Positions 1 to 10,360 of a DNA stretch of 64,000 bases are shown here, piece after piece; positions within the stretch are counted from its first letter, which is position 1, and each line of letters begins with the position of its first letter. Both the position numbers and the translations under genes were made by a program. This DNA is from Elainellaceae cyanobacterium. GTDB lineage: Bacteria > Cyanobacteriota > Cyanobacteriia > CAZCXK01. The notes under the pieces are model-generated. The model did not search any database and had not been told where the DNA came from. It saw only the letters and a list, made by a program, of their open reading frames with translations. The stretch covers positions 1 to 64,000 of the forward strand of contig JBNPEG010000016.1 in assembly GCA_051117555.1 (NCBI GenBank). Reading direction: 5' to 3'.

Positions 1-78
1 CCGAACTCGGTTGTGAAACGCTGCAGCGGCGAAAATACTCTGGGGGTTGCCCCACGGGAAAATAGCTCGGTGCCAGGT
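1..78 (+). rRNA. rrf: 5S rRNA (3' part; 5' end lies before the window)
   Basis: CCGAACTCGGTTGTGAAACG...GGGAAAATAGCTCGGTGCCAGG matches the conserved cyanobacterial 5S core and 3' stem. Confidence 0.95.
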
Positions 79-86
79 CTATATTC

Positions 87-127
87 AAATAGCCCCCATC
101 CATTGTTGAAGAGGATGGGGGCTATTT
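87..127 (+). terminator. Intrinsic terminator of rRNA operon
   Basis: 15-bp inverted repeat AAATAGCCCCCATCC / GGATGGGGGCTATTT directly after 5S. Confidence 0.8.
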
Positions 128-241
128 AAGTCTTTAAAGGCTTTTGTATAACCTTACGCTCTTGCGGTCGTCTGCAACCTAATTAGCTTATTGTCACCCA
201 TCCCTAAAGTCGGGTCTTAATCTAGAATAGGCTTTGCCATC

Positions 242-333
242 TATAGCAATCCCAGATGAGTTGTGAGCGGTGGGGCAGGCGCCGCCTGCCCCACCGCTCA
301 CACAGAATACACAAGCGACTTAGGATCGCTATA
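242..333 (+). mobile_element. MITE/REP-like element family A, copy 1
   Basis: Ends TATAGCAATCC...GGATCGCTATA, central GC hairpin TGTGAGCGGTGGGGCAGGC/GCCTGCCCCACCGCTCACA; related copies at 33910, 34777 and 41946. Confidence 0.7.
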
Positions 334-567
334 TAGTTTAACTGAAATGAAGTTTAGATTAAGATTAAAATATAAGTAAGAATATATGTTTTTGCTAGGT
401 CAATCAGATTGGCTGGATGGAGGTTGTGAGTATCTAGGTATAGCTTAGGCAGAAGATGTTATTCTAGCTCCTCCGAATTGATCACGGTGCAGGTGACATC
501 ATTCTGATACAATCAGCCTGGATGTTAAGCTTTTTGTCTCGATGAGTTGCAAACAGAGCGTTAGACT

Positions 568-1320
568 ATGTTGACTTTGGAGTCTACAAGATCTTCGAAT
601 GATATCAAATTAGGACGAGTCCTTGTCGTAGAGGATGAGGAATTGATTCGAGAAACCGTTGCTCTAGCCCTAATGGAAGAGGGATATGACGTACTAACGG
701 CTGAAGATGGGAGAGGTGCGTTAGATATTGCATGCAAGCCGAGCGAAAGTGAAGGTTCAGGGCTAGCTAATCTCGACCTAATTGTTCTTGATCTGATGTT
801 GCCCTATGTAAATGGATTAGACCTATGCCGATTGATTCGGCATGAAGGAAATAATGTTCCCATTCTTATTCTGAGCGCCAAAGGGAGCGAAACGGATCGT
901 GTTGTGGGTCTTGAGATTGGTGCTGATGACTATTTGACTAAGCCGTTTGGAATGCGAGAGTTGGTAGCACGTTGTCGAGCCTTATTGAGGCGCCATCGAT
1001 ACTCTCATCCAAAGACTTCTCAGTCTACGTTGAAGTTTCAAGATATTACTCTATTTCCTCAAGAATGCAGAGTTATGGTTCGAGGTGAGGAAGTCAATCT
1101 TTCACCTAAAGAGTTCCGGATTTTAGAGCTTTTTATGAGTCATCCCCGTCGTGTTTGGTCACGCGAACAGCTTATAGAGCGTGTTTGGGGTCCTGATTTT
1201 ATGGGAGATAGTAAAACTGTTGATGTTCATATTCGATGGTTGCGGGAAAAGTTAGAAGCAGATCCAAGCACGCCAGAGTATTTGATGACGGTGAGGGGAT
1301 TTGGATATCGTTTTGGTTAG
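568..1320 (+). CDS. sphR: OmpR/PhoB-family response regulator (SphR/PhoB)
   Basis: Receiver domain (EDE, DLMLP, KPF) plus winged helix with KTVDVHIRWLREKLE; adjacent to SphS-like kinase. Confidence 0.85.
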   Translation: MLTLESTRSSNDIKLGRVLVVEDEELIRETVALALMEEGYDVLTAEDGRGALDIACKPSESEGSGLANLDLIVLDLMLPYVNGLDLCRLIRHEGNNVPILILSAKGSETDRVVGLEIGADDYLTKPFGMRELVARCRALLRRHRYSHPKTSQSTLKFQDITLFPQECRVMVRGEEVNLSPKEFRILELFMSHPRRVWSREQLIERVWGPDFMGDSKTVDVHIRWLREKLEADPSTPEYLMTVRGFGYRFG

Positions 1321-1476
1321 GAACCCTCGCATGTAGCGGATTTTTGCTGCTAATTATTATTGTTATTGATATGCAGGTAAAATTGCCTGCCGTGCAGACC
1401 ACCACTTACTTTGAAATCGCTGTAAGCTAATAATGATTGCTAGACTCTTGCTGGTTTCGGAGTCTTTAGAGCGGAT

Positions 1477-2889
1477 ATGCCTGTAATGGAAGTCCTGACA
1501 TTTTTGGTAGGGCTGCTTGTTGGCTTAGCTTTATTAAGCTGGCAAAAGGTTTGCTTTGACAGAAAGTTAAATACGTTATTGTGCAGTTTAAAGCTAGGTG
1601 AGGTAGATCGTTCCTCCCTTACTTCTATTTCACAGTTGTCTATGGCGATCGCCTATCAACAAAAGATTCGAGAACAGCTTGAGCAAAAACTTGACGTCTA
1701 TCAGCAAATTTTCTACCTAGCACCTATAGGGTATTTACAAGTCGATGATGAGAACCGCTTATTGTGGTGTAATCCCCAAGCAAGAGTCTTATTAGGCATT
1801 CCTAATTCTCAAACGTATGAACCTCGTCTTCTATTGGAGTTGGTTCGCTCATATGATTTAGATCATCTTATTGATCAAACGCGCTCCACAGGTCAGCCTT
1901 GTCAAAATGACTGGATGTTTTATCTCATCAACCCTGACCCATCTCGGATAGCTAGACAAGAAGCGTATGCGCTCAGGGGATATGGATTTCCGCTACCTGA
2001 CGATCATGTTGGTATTTTTCTGGAGAATCGGAAAGAGGCTGTTGTTTTGAAGCAGCAGCGCGATCGCTGGGCATCTGATGTCGCTCATGAATTGAAAACT
2101 CCGCTTACTTCTATTCGCTTAGTTGCAGAAACATTGCAAGCTCGACTTGATCCCTCGTTTAGAGGATGGCTAACTCGCTTAATTAATGAGACGATTCGTT
2201 TGAGCAATCTTGTTCAGGATTTGCTGGATTTAGGTCAACTCGATCGTCACTCATCAGATTGTTTGGAACGGGTCGATGCGGATGTTGTGGAGTTAGTTCA
2301 ATCGGCTTGGCTTAATCTTGAACCTCTTGCGCGTAAAAAAAACTTAGAGTTGAACTATTCAGGTCCCGAGCATCTCATCATTCATCTAGATAAGCAGCGC
2401 ATCTATCGGGTTCTAATCAATTTATTGGATAACGCCATTAAATATAGCCCTCCCTGGAAAGATGTGCAGGTGAAATTAAGTACAAACGATCTGGGTATAG
2501 AGGGTGATGACTCCGTATCTGGACAGGTTTTGCTCGAAGTCATTGATGAAGGACCTGGGTTTCGAGAAACCGATTTGCCTTTCATCTTTGAACGATTTTA
2601 TCGGGCTGACCCGGCGCGATCGCGCTATTTTCCACCCAATGGTTTAGAGCATCAACCTTCGTCTATGCCCATACCATCCACCTTGCATGGGGATCAGGAC
2701 AATTTATCCAGGAATGAAACCTCTGACGATATTGATACCCATCGTCGAGGTAGTAGTGGTCTAGGGTTATCCATTGTTCAGCAGATTGTTGAGGCACATC
2801 AAGGATCCGTATCTGCTAATAATCACCCAGCAACTCATGGAGGCTGGATCAGAGTTTGTCTTCCTCAGCGCGAGTTAAAAACGCGATAA
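1477..2889 (+). CDS. sphS: Phosphate-regulon sensor histidine kinase (SphS/PhoR)
   Basis: N-terminal hydrophobic segment, PAS-like region, AHELKTPLTSI H-box, NLLDNAIKY, DEGPG, FERFYR, GLGL. Confidence 0.85.
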   Translation: MPVMEVLTFLVGLLVGLALLSWQKVCFDRKLNTLLCSLKLGEVDRSSLTSISQLSMAIAYQQKIREQLEQKLDVYQQIFYLAPIGYLQVDDENRLLWCNPQARVLLGIPNSQTYEPRLLLELVRSYDLDHLIDQTRSTGQPCQNDWMFYLINPDPSRIARQEAYALRGYGFPLPDDHVGIFLENRKEAVVLKQQRDRWASDVAHELKTPLTSIRLVAETLQARLDPSFRGWLTRLINETIRLSNLVQDLLDLGQLDRHSSDCLERVDADVVELVQSAWLNLEPLARKKNLELNYSGPEHLIIHLDKQRIYRVLINLLDNAIKYSPPWKDVQVKLSTNDLGIEGDDSVSGQVLLEVIDEGPGFRETDLPFIFERFYRADPARSRYFPPNGLEHQPSSMPIPSTLHGDQDNLSRNETSDDIDTHRRGSSGLGLSIVQQIVEAHQGSVSANNHPATHGGWIRVCLPQRELKTR

Positions 2890-3036
2890 AAAGCCAAGAT
2901 TTATCAAGTTAAATCGACTCTGGATAGATTCTGAATCTTGTAATATCTATACATGAGCTATATAAGCATTCATAAGATTAAATCTGTTTGATTCAAAAGC
3001 AATCTAGGCGATGCTCATCCGGTATTCAATTTCACT

Positions 3037-3801
3037 ATGGACGAACGTGAACGACTACAAAAAATTATTTCTCAATGGGGCTTTGCATCACGTCGTCAAG
3101 CCGAACAAATGATTGTGGATGGGCGAGTCCGTGTCAATGGTTGTATTGCTGAGCTTGGGCAGAAGGCCGATCCGTCGGAAGATCGAATCGAGGTCGATGG
3201 AAATTGCATTCATCCTGCTAATCGTCCCCAATTAATTTACCTTTTAGTACATAAACCGCATGGAATCCTATCGACCTGTCGCGATCCTCGTCACCGCTCC
3301 ACTGTCATTGACCTATTGCCAACAAAATTCCGAGATAGTGGCGTTCACCCTGTCGGGCGACTCGATTTAGCATCTACTGGTGCCCTCCTACTCACTAACG
3401 ATGGAGAATTAACGTTTTTACTGACTCATCCCCGTCATTCTATTCCTAAGGCTTATCATGTTCTACTGAGAGGACATCCATCTGAATCTGTTCTTCAGCA
3501 GTGGCGACATGGGGTCATGCTTGCAGGTAAGCAAACTTTACCAGCAGATATAGAAATTCTTCGCCATCAACGAGAGAATGATCGTACGCTCTTGAAAGTT
3601 ACATTACGTGAAGGCAGAAATCGTCAAATTCGACGAGTTGCGAAAAAGCTTGGGCATCCGGTCATTCAAATTCATCGAGTTTCGATTGGTTCCATTTGTT
3701 TAGATAGTTTGCCAAGCGGTCAGTATCGCTATCTGACCAATTCAGAAGTCAACTTTTTCTGGGATCAGACCAGACAGCTTCGTTCTTTCCTTTCTGTTTA
3801 G
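3037..3801 (+). CDS. rRNA pseudouridine synthase, RsuA/RluB family
   Basis: S4 domain (ERLQKIIS..SRRQAE), GRLD catalytic motif, EGRNRQIRR. Confidence 0.92.
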   Translation: MDERERLQKIISQWGFASRRQAEQMIVDGRVRVNGCIAELGQKADPSEDRIEVDGNCIHPANRPQLIYLLVHKPHGILSTCRDPRHRSTVIDLLPTKFRDSGVHPVGRLDLASTGALLLTNDGELTFLLTHPRHSIPKAYHVLLRGHPSESVLQQWRHGVMLAGKQTLPADIEILRHQRENDRTLLKVTLREGRNRQIRRVAKKLGHPVIQIHRVSIGSICLDSLPSGQYRYLTNSEVNFFWDQTRQLRSFLSV

Positions 3802-3836
3802 CTAACGGAATTTGGTACGTCGAGAGTAATTAAGTT

Positions 3837-4685
3837 ATGAATCAAGATATTTCTCAACCCGGTCAGAAGCAAGCGGAAAAATTAGCTGATATTGGTGCTC
3901 GTTTACGCCAGATTCGGGAGGAGCGTTTGCTGTCAATTGATCAAGTTGCGGCTAAAACATTAATTCAGCCGCGCCTATTGAGGGCGATTGAAGTAGGTGA
4001 CTTATCTCGACTTCCTGAGCCTATTTATATTCAGGGTTTTATCAAGCGTTACGCTGAATCATTGGGTCTAGATGGTGCAGAGTTTGCTCACTCTTTCCCA
4101 ACGGAGCCCGATATCCGTGCAATTCAGCCATCCTGGAAAGATTCGCCTGCTGCTCAGTTGCGCCCCATTCATTTGTATGCGTTCTATGTTGTGTTGATCG
4201 TGGCGGCAGTTAGCGGGCTTTCATATCTGTTAGGCCGATCGACATCGTGGGGGAATCAAGCTTCTGTGGAAGCTGAGTCTTCCGTAGTGTCGAGTCAGCC
4301 GTCATCTGAGGAGGCGTCTCCAGATGAAACTGAGGCTAGTCCGGGCGGCGAGACAGCGGATGAACCATCGGTTACGGACGCTGCCGCGGTTCAGGAGGAG
4401 CCTGTTAAGGTGGATGTTGAACTTACAGCTCAATCTTGGCTGCGAATTATGATTGACGGTCAAAAAGAATTTGAAGGAGTTCTTCCCGAGGGAACTCAGC
4501 GGACATGGACGGCGGATAATCAGTTGACGATACGGGCAGGCAATGCTGGGGGCGTTTTACTAGCTCATAATAATGGTGAAGCCAGACTCATGGGTGAGCC
4601 TGGCGCAGTGAGAGAGATTACGTTTTCGGTAAGCCAGGACGCAGCGAGTTTACCGGATTCTGATCAAGCTCAGACATCCCAATGA
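3837..4685 (+). CDS. rodZ: RodZ-like protein (HTH - TM - DUF4115)
   Basis: N-terminal HTH (YIQGFIKRYA), single TM, C-terminal SWLRI...RAGNAGG domain. Confidence 0.8.
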   Translation: MNQDISQPGQKQAEKLADIGARLRQIREERLLSIDQVAAKTLIQPRLLRAIEVGDLSRLPEPIYIQGFIKRYAESLGLDGAEFAHSFPTEPDIRAIQPSWKDSPAAQLRPIHLYAFYVVLIVAAVSGLSYLLGRSTSWGNQASVEAESSVVSSQPSSEEASPDETEASPGGETADEPSVTDAAAVQEEPVKVDVELTAQSWLRIMIDGQKEFEGVLPEGTQRTWTADNQLTIRAGNAGGVLLAHNNGEARLMGEPGAVREITFSVSQDAASLPDSDQAQTSQ

Positions 4686-4772
4686 TAGCGACGTAGATCG
4701 ATTGACCGAGAGGGCTTGGTCCCTTTCTCAGACAAATACGCTCTAGACTAAATCGTCAGAGCGCTGTCGGCG

Positions 4773-6272
4773 TTAGGCCGAGCGTCCATAGGTTTCGGTA
4801 AGGCTACGAAGGCGATCGCCCAATTCAGGGGTGAGCATGGGGGAAGAATATTTCCACGTCCAATTGCCAGATGGCTGACCGGGTTGATTCATTCTGGAAT
4901 CTGAATTTAGCCCTAAAATGTCTTGAAGTGGAAAGATTGCTTGATTTGCAACTGAGCTGAGTGCGAGTCGAATCATGTCCCAATGAATACCATCGGGGCT
5001 GATATGTCCTAAGTATCGGAGCAGTGATTCTCGCTCCCAATCTTGGAGGTGATCGTACCAGCCGACCGTTGTATTGTTGTCATGGGTGCCAGTGTAGACC
5101 AAGTAATTGCGCGAATAGTTAAAGGGCAAATACGGATTATCAGACCCCGAACCAAACGCAAACTGAAGGATTTTCATTCCCGGAAAGCCGAACTGATCTC
5201 GCAAATCTTCGACATCGGGTGTGATGACTCCTAAATCTTCAGCAAGGATTGGAAGGCTTCCCAAATCTTCTTTAAGAGACTGGAAAAATGCTCGGCCTGG
5301 TGCTTCAACCCATCTACCATTCATTGCAGTGGTTTCGCCTTGCTTAACTTCCCAGTAGGCTTGAAAACCGCGAAAATGGTCAATCCGAATCAGGTCAACG
5401 TATTCTAATAGGGATTGAATCCGATGATGCCACCATTTAAATCCCCAGTTTTGCATTTCATCCCAGTTATAAATTGGATTGCCCCAAAGCTGCCCGGTTT
5501 CACTGAAGTAATCAGGTGGAACGCCCGCCATGAGCGCTGGTTCACCGGTTTCGGGATCTAGATGGAAAATATGAGGTGTTGACCACACATCGGCGCTATC
5601 GTGTGCGACATAGAATGGCATGTCGCCAATGATCGAAATACCGCGTTCGTTGGCGTAGTGTTTTAGGCTAGACCACTGCCGGAAAAATTCATATTGCAAA
5701 AACTTACGATAAAAAATCTCGGATGTGAGCCTGAGTCGCCAATGCTCCATCGCTTCTGGTTCGCGCTTGGCGATCGCCATATCCCACTTATTCCAACTGA
5801 CTCCGCTGTGAGCAGCTTTTAAGGCAATAAAAAAAGCATAATCATCGAGCCAAAAATCTCGACTCTCACAAAACCGATCAAAGTCCTGGCGTTGTTCTAG
5901 CGATGCATTGGTTTTAAAGTTGTCCGCTGCTTTGACCAGTAAGGGGATCTTAAACTGAATGGCCAGGTCATAGTCCACATGATCGACTGGAAAATCAGGT
6001 GAATCAGCAAAGTCTTCCTCTGCTAAAAGCCCTTGCGCTTGCAAATCTTCTAGACTGATTAGCATCGGATTACCAGCCATCGATGAATAAGACATGTATG
6101 GCGAATTGCCATGACCCGTTGGCCCTAACGGAAGAACCTGCCAAATCTGTTGTTTACTGTGGGTTAGGAAGTCAATGAATCGATACGCCGCTTCTCCGAT
6201 ATCGCCGATGCCGAATCGGCTAGGGAATGACGTTGGATGAAGGATAATACCGCTGGATCTAGGTAAGGGCAT
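4773..6272 (-). CDS. malQ: 4-alpha-glucanotransferase (GH77)
   Basis: RSSGIILHPTS, GVPPDYFS.TGQLWGNP, RIDHFRG, AEDLG, YTGTHDN. Confidence 0.95.
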   Translation of the reverse strand: MPLPRSSGIILHPTSFPSRFGIGDIGEAAYRFIDFLTHSKQQIWQVLPLGPTGHGNSPYMSYSSMAGNPMLISLEDLQAQGLLAEEDFADSPDFPVDHVDYDLAIQFKIPLLVKAADNFKTNASLEQRQDFDRFCESRDFWLDDYAFFIALKAAHSGVSWNKWDMAIAKREPEAMEHWRLRLTSEIFYRKFLQYEFFRQWSSLKHYANERGISIIGDMPFYVAHDSADVWSTPHIFHLDPETGEPALMAGVPPDYFSETGQLWGNPIYNWDEMQNWGFKWWHHRIQSLLEYVDLIRIDHFRGFQAYWEVKQGETTAMNGRWVEAPGRAFFQSLKEDLGSLPILAEDLGVITPDVEDLRDQFGFPGMKILQFAFGSGSDNPYLPFNYSRNYLVYTGTHDNNTTVGWYDHLQDWERESLLRYLGHISPDGIHWDMIRLALSSVANQAIFPLQDILGLNSDSRMNQPGQPSGNWTWKYSSPMLTPELGDRLRSLTETYGRSA

Positions 6273-6567
6273 GGAGAACTAGAGTAGAAAAACTGAACCG
6301 TTTTATTGTATTATTCAAGGCTAATTCCTGATGCCTCGAATTTATCACGCTACCTGATCTTCCAACGAATCGAACTCTTTAATTCGATGGATTTTGATGG
6401 ATTTATAACAATACCGAAAACCCGTGAATTTTAAGGTTTGGCTGACTTTTATAAAGAAATATATCGAGAATAGTCGAACTATTCGGTGATCTCGCGTTTG
6501 CGACGCTGAATCGTGTTAAGATGCATGGCAAATATGAAAGTTTTTTGTTGAAGAGGTCAACCTACGG

Positions 6568-6705
6568 ATGGACGCAGTATTAATGCTTGCAAAATTACCG
6601 GAAGCCTATTCAATTTTTGATCCCTTAGTTGATGTTCTGCCCATCATCCCGGTATTCTTCTTACTTCTTGCATTTGTTTGGCAGGCGGCGGTCGGTTTTC
6701 GCTAA
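6568..6705 (+). CDS. psbK: Photosystem II protein K (not in ORF track)
   Basis: Manual translation [45 protein letters not shown] (45 aa); GAGG SD upstream. Confidence 0.97.
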   Translation: MDAVLMLAKLPEAYSIFDPLVDVLPIIPVFFLLLAFVWQAAVGFR

Positions 6706-6799
6706 GTTCTAGGTTCAATTCTGAATCTTTAACGCATTCTTTCCTAAACTCTTGCGTTAGGGGAATGATTGTTCTCTTAATCGTGACAAATAATCGTGT

Positions 6800-6833
6800 C
6801 AAAGCACCTCAATTAGAGGTGCTTTGTTTATTT
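6800..6833. terminator. Hairpin terminator between convergent psbK and GST
   Basis: CAAAGCACCTC-AATTA-GAGGTGCTTTG followed by T-rich tract. Confidence 0.65.
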
Positions 6834-6863
6834 TGGTTACAGAAATTCATGGAACTTCAGCAA

Positions 6864-7424
6864 TTATGGCATGCGCCCTCCGATGGTTTTCTGGAAGGCA
6901 GGGCGTTCTGCTAAGCGCTGAAGATATTGCTTAATCGACGGATAGCCACTGAAATCTAGCTTTAGCATGATTGGCATATATGCCAAAATTGAACCCACTG
7001 CTACGTCAGCCACGCTGAAGTGGTTGCCTAGGAGGTATGGTTGGTGGTTTAGTCTCTGATCAATAGGGGACAAAAGCCGACTTTCCTCTCGCTCGCGATT
7101 CGATGCAACAAAGATGCCAGGACCTAAGGTGGCATTAGCAAATAGAGTCCACTGGGCCCATTCAGCACGTTGCTCTATAGATGTGGGATGAGTCGAATAT
7201 TTTTCAGCGAGATAGAGCAATATAGCACCCGACTCCCAAATCGTGAGTTCGTTGTCGGTAATGGCAGGGACTTTTCCAAAAGGGTTAATCTCAAGAAATT
7301 TAACTTGACGCTGTTCACCCGCCTGCAAGTCAAGCAAAATGAATTCGTAGGAGATCCCCAGCTCTTCTAAACACCATTGAACAATTGAGGCTCGGCTGCG
7401 AGTGCCTCCGTAGAGTTTTAGCAC
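6864..7424 (-). CDS. Glutathione S-transferase family protein
   Basis: INPFGKVPA, WESGAILLYLA, FSVADV; GTG start preceded by GGAGG. Confidence 0.92.
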   Translation of the reverse strand: MLKLYGGTRSRASIVQWCLEELGISYEFILLDLQAGEQRQVKFLEINPFGKVPAITDNELTIWESGAILLYLAEKYSTHPTSIEQRAEWAQWTLFANATLGPGIFVASNREREESRLLSPIDQRLNHQPYLLGNHFSVADVAVGSILAYMPIMLKLDFSGYPSIKQYLQRLAERPAFQKTIGGRMP

Positions 7425-7675
7425 AGAATCGTCCTCCTAATAGACTTTGGCTTTAATCTACACCCCATTCGTAGTGCGATCGCCTTTTTCCCTGATAGAG
7501 AGGCGTTGCCAACCGACGGCGGCCAAAATGCCCGCACAGCTACGGCTTATTAAACTCCTGCCATTCTGAGCGGAGTTGATTTGTTCAAGCTGGAAAATCC
7601 CTGCAACTCTTGTATCGCCGCACCAGGACCCGTCCAATGAATGCCAGTTGGAGAGACGGCATACCGGCGATCGCG

Positions 7676-8140
7676 CTAAAGCACTTTGTGCGTGTATGAG
7701 TGCTGTTTAACGTTATCCTCGGCTTTGATAATCCGTTCAGAATTTAAGATTCGTTTCCGCTCGAGTGAGAAATTGAAATCTCGATACACAGCACCTTTCG
7801 GAATGTGGGACTGAGCTTCAGCCCTTGCTTTATAGGTACGAGCTGCTGCTGTTAACCGTTCGGCAAACCCATCACATGGCTGGGCTTCTATCGGAAATTC
7901 TTGTGGAAGCTTAGCATTGTTTCCCTGGATAACGTCACCGAGAGATGTGGCGATCGCCATCTCATATGACGTTGCAATGCCTTTGAGAATCGCTTCTAAG
8001 GCGGCAGAGGGAATAGGTTCTGCAATTTTAACCTCATGAATTTCGCCATCTGACTTTAGGTAACAGGTGGCTAAGCCAAGAACAACATAATCCTCTGCTG
8101 TGAGATCAGGGGCATTGGGGAAGGACGATGCGACTGTCAT
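7676..8140 (-). CDS. Conserved cyanobacterial hypothetical protein
   Basis: 154-aa ORF; EPIPSA and DNVKQH motifs resemble a conserved cyanobacterial family; function unknown. Confidence 0.7.
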   Translation of the reverse strand: MTVASSFPNAPDLTAEDYVVLGLATCYLKSDGEIHEVKIAEPIPSAALEAILKGIATSYEMAIATSLGDVIQGNNAKLPQEFPIEAQPCDGFAERLTAAARTYKARAEAQSHIPKGAVYRDFNFSLERKRILNSERIIKAEDNVKQHSYTHKVL

Positions 8141-8706
8141 AAAAATATTTTGCGAAAACTTTACAAAAAAACTTCAGACCATAGCCTGCTTGGCAAGAAG
8201 AAGAGTAAGAAGAATACAAAACATGGCTTCTCCCACAGCAGGATAAATGGAGATTCACCGATTGAATACTCCTTTTTACTTGATCTTGAAACGTAACGAT
8301 TGGGTGATCGTAATCAGATTGGACTTTAGTGCATTCTACCGTGTGAAATTCGATACAAATGCTCAAGATTTCGGAGCTGTTACAAAGTTAGGAAAAATTC
8401 CCCTCTTTACAGAACTTTTACCTGTAATCCGTAGTTTTACGCAATTTAAGCTTTTCTCCGAAATTTGTAGATGAGCATGTGCTTCAGAGAATAGGTGTCG
8501 TTCACGAGCAGGTTCTCACCGTCAGGGATGCTTTTTATTTCAGTAGTTTCAACCTCACGGTTTGATATAGAGACGCATTATTAAGTGACACAAGGGGATA
8601 TGTTTTGAGATTGGGAAGATCGGAAACTTCACAGTAGGAGGGCGCCTTTCTCATAATTTCAGCCGACCCAACACCCAGTATGAAATGAGTACCCAGGGAG
8701 GACAAG

Positions 8707-9483
8707 ATGAACACTCGCCCATTTAGAGCCCATCGACGAAACGGAACTAAACTCTTGTCTCGTGGTAATACTATCACTGCATCACGTTCGATCAAATCTG
8801 CAAGCAGAGCAGAAGTTCGCCGTCAAACTAGAATTTTACAAGAATCTAGCAGCACTGCACCCCCAGCACATTTAGAGCAAATCGAAGCCGATCCCAATTT
8901 GCGTCAACGAGCGTTAGCAGAAGCCCAGCAAGGTCGCTATGAAAACGCAATTCGTTTATTTAGTCGGTTGATTGAACGAAATCCTGATAGCGCAATAGAT
9001 TATAACAATCGCGGACTCGTTTATTTTCGGCATGCATGCTACAACGCTGCGATCGCTGACTACAATAAGGCGATCGCCCTCAATCCCCGGTTAGATAGCG
9101 TTTACAATAACCGAGCCAACTTTTATGCGTGTTGCGGAGATCTGCGTGCCGCAATTCGAGACTATGAGCACGCTATAGACATAAATCCGGGAAATGTTAG
9201 AGCCTGGATTAATCGGGGGATCACATTTCGCGATTTGAATATGTATGAGGAAGCGATAGAAACGCTTGAAACTGCTCTAAGCTTCGGGCAGTTAGAGGGG
9301 CACATTTACGCAGAACTTGGCCGTACGCGCCATTTACAGGGAGATTGGAACTTTGCGATCGCCGACTATCAACACGCTATTTTCTACCTTCCAAGTTTCA
9401 CCCACTGCAGCAACACGCCGTCCATGCGTTTGCGGCTGCAGGTTGAAGTTTGGTTAGATGACCTGAGCCCCTTAGTTCTTTAA
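8707..9483 (+). CDS. Tetratricopeptide repeat protein
   Basis: Repeated YNNRG/AIADY..AI TPR motifs. Confidence 0.88.
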   Translation: MNTRPFRAHRRNGTKLLSRGNTITASRSIKSASRAEVRRQTRILQESSSTAPPAHLEQIEADPNLRQRALAEAQQGRYENAIRLFSRLIERNPDSAIDYNNRGLVYFRHACYNAAIADYNKAIALNPRLDSVYNNRANFYACCGDLRAAIRDYEHAIDINPGNVRAWINRGITFRDLNMYEEAIETLETALSFGQLEGHIYAELGRTRHLQGDWNFAIADYQHAIFYLPSFTHCSNTPSMRLRLQVEVWLDDLSPLVL

Positions 9484-9494
9484 GTCAGGTGGGC

Positions 9495-9710
9495 TTACTC
9501 GATAGAGATGGGTTGAGGCCCATTCCCTCGACCATTAGCGCTGTCTGAAGAGACTGATGAATAGGATGATCCCGCTTGCTGATCGAGCCAGCCTCTAACC
9601 GGATCTTCGTTAAGATTCAACCGAAAGGCGCCGGAGAAAAATCCACCTAAAAAGGCAATTGGATGACCTGTTAATTCTTTGAGTAACGGTGTTAATTCGT
9701 CCATGAACAT
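9495..9710 (-). CDS. Small conserved hypothetical protein
   Basis: 71 aa, PIAFLGGFFSG..RLNLNEDPV..GPQPISIE; GAGG SD. Confidence 0.7.
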   Translation of the reverse strand: MFMDELTPLLKELTGHPIAFLGGFFSGAFRLNLNEDPVRGWLDQQAGSSYSSVSSDSANGRGNGPQPISIE

Positions 9711-9803
9711 TGGTGTCCTCTTGTATGTTTGTTCTGAGATAGGTGAGTAATCGCTCGGTTGTTTCCTGATCGTAGCGCGAAACCAAGGGTGACATGTAGC
9801 TGG

Positions 9804-10289
9804 TCAGGATGGAGTTGCGCTTGGCGTCGGATTTACCTCATCGGTTGACGTTGCGCTAGGGTCTGGAGTGTCGAAGAATTTCTGAAAAATCCATCGGGTT
9901 ATGAGGTGAGAGAGGAGGCCGAGCGGCCCCGCGAAAAAACAGAGAGCTAAAGAATGGCGTGACCAGATACCTGCATTTTGCCCGTCCCAGTAGATCCAGC
10001 GACCCACGAATAAGTCCATAACTAGAAAATGAACCCAACCCGTTGCGGCGACTTGTTCGTCTGAAAATAGCCGAGCGATATCGGAAAGACCGGCACTAGA
10101 GAAGGATTCTAACGTTTCAGCAGAGATACCACCTATGAAAAAATATAGATAAAGCAACGCCAATGCTGCAAACGGTAAAACCGAGCGCATCACTATACGC
10201 GTGACACTCCAATTTGGCAGCACGATCATTAATGCCCAAAATGGCAGGACAAACACATTGGCGCTGTTGAATAGTAATTCTAAACCCAT
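9804..10289 (-). CDS. ABA4-like (DUF4281) membrane protein
   Basis: VLPFWALMI.LP.W, GWVHFLVMDLFVGRWIY, GPLGLLSH; ATG at 10289 preferred to TTG at 10319. Confidence 0.85.
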   Translation of the reverse strand: MGLELLFNSANVFVLPFWALMIVLPNWSVTRIVMRSVLPFAALALLYLYFFIGGISAETLESFSSAGLSDIARLFSDEQVAATGWVHFLVMDLFVGRWIYWDGQNAGIWSRHSLALCFFAGPLGLLSHLITRWIFQKFFDTPDPSATSTDEVNPTPSATPS

Positions 10290-10360
10290 GGTGATTACGT
10301 GAAGCGACTCTAGATTCAACCGATTATGACACTGTCATTATCACGTGACACTGAACAGTT

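Noticed and set aside
336..380. Pho box upstream of sphR
   Set aside because: AT-rich TTAA words lack a clean 11-bp phased repeat.
2620..2750. ~45-aa insertion in the SphS ATPase domain as a novel element
   Set aside because: Variable low-complexity ATP-lid insertions are usual in cyanobacterial SphS; no intein motifs.
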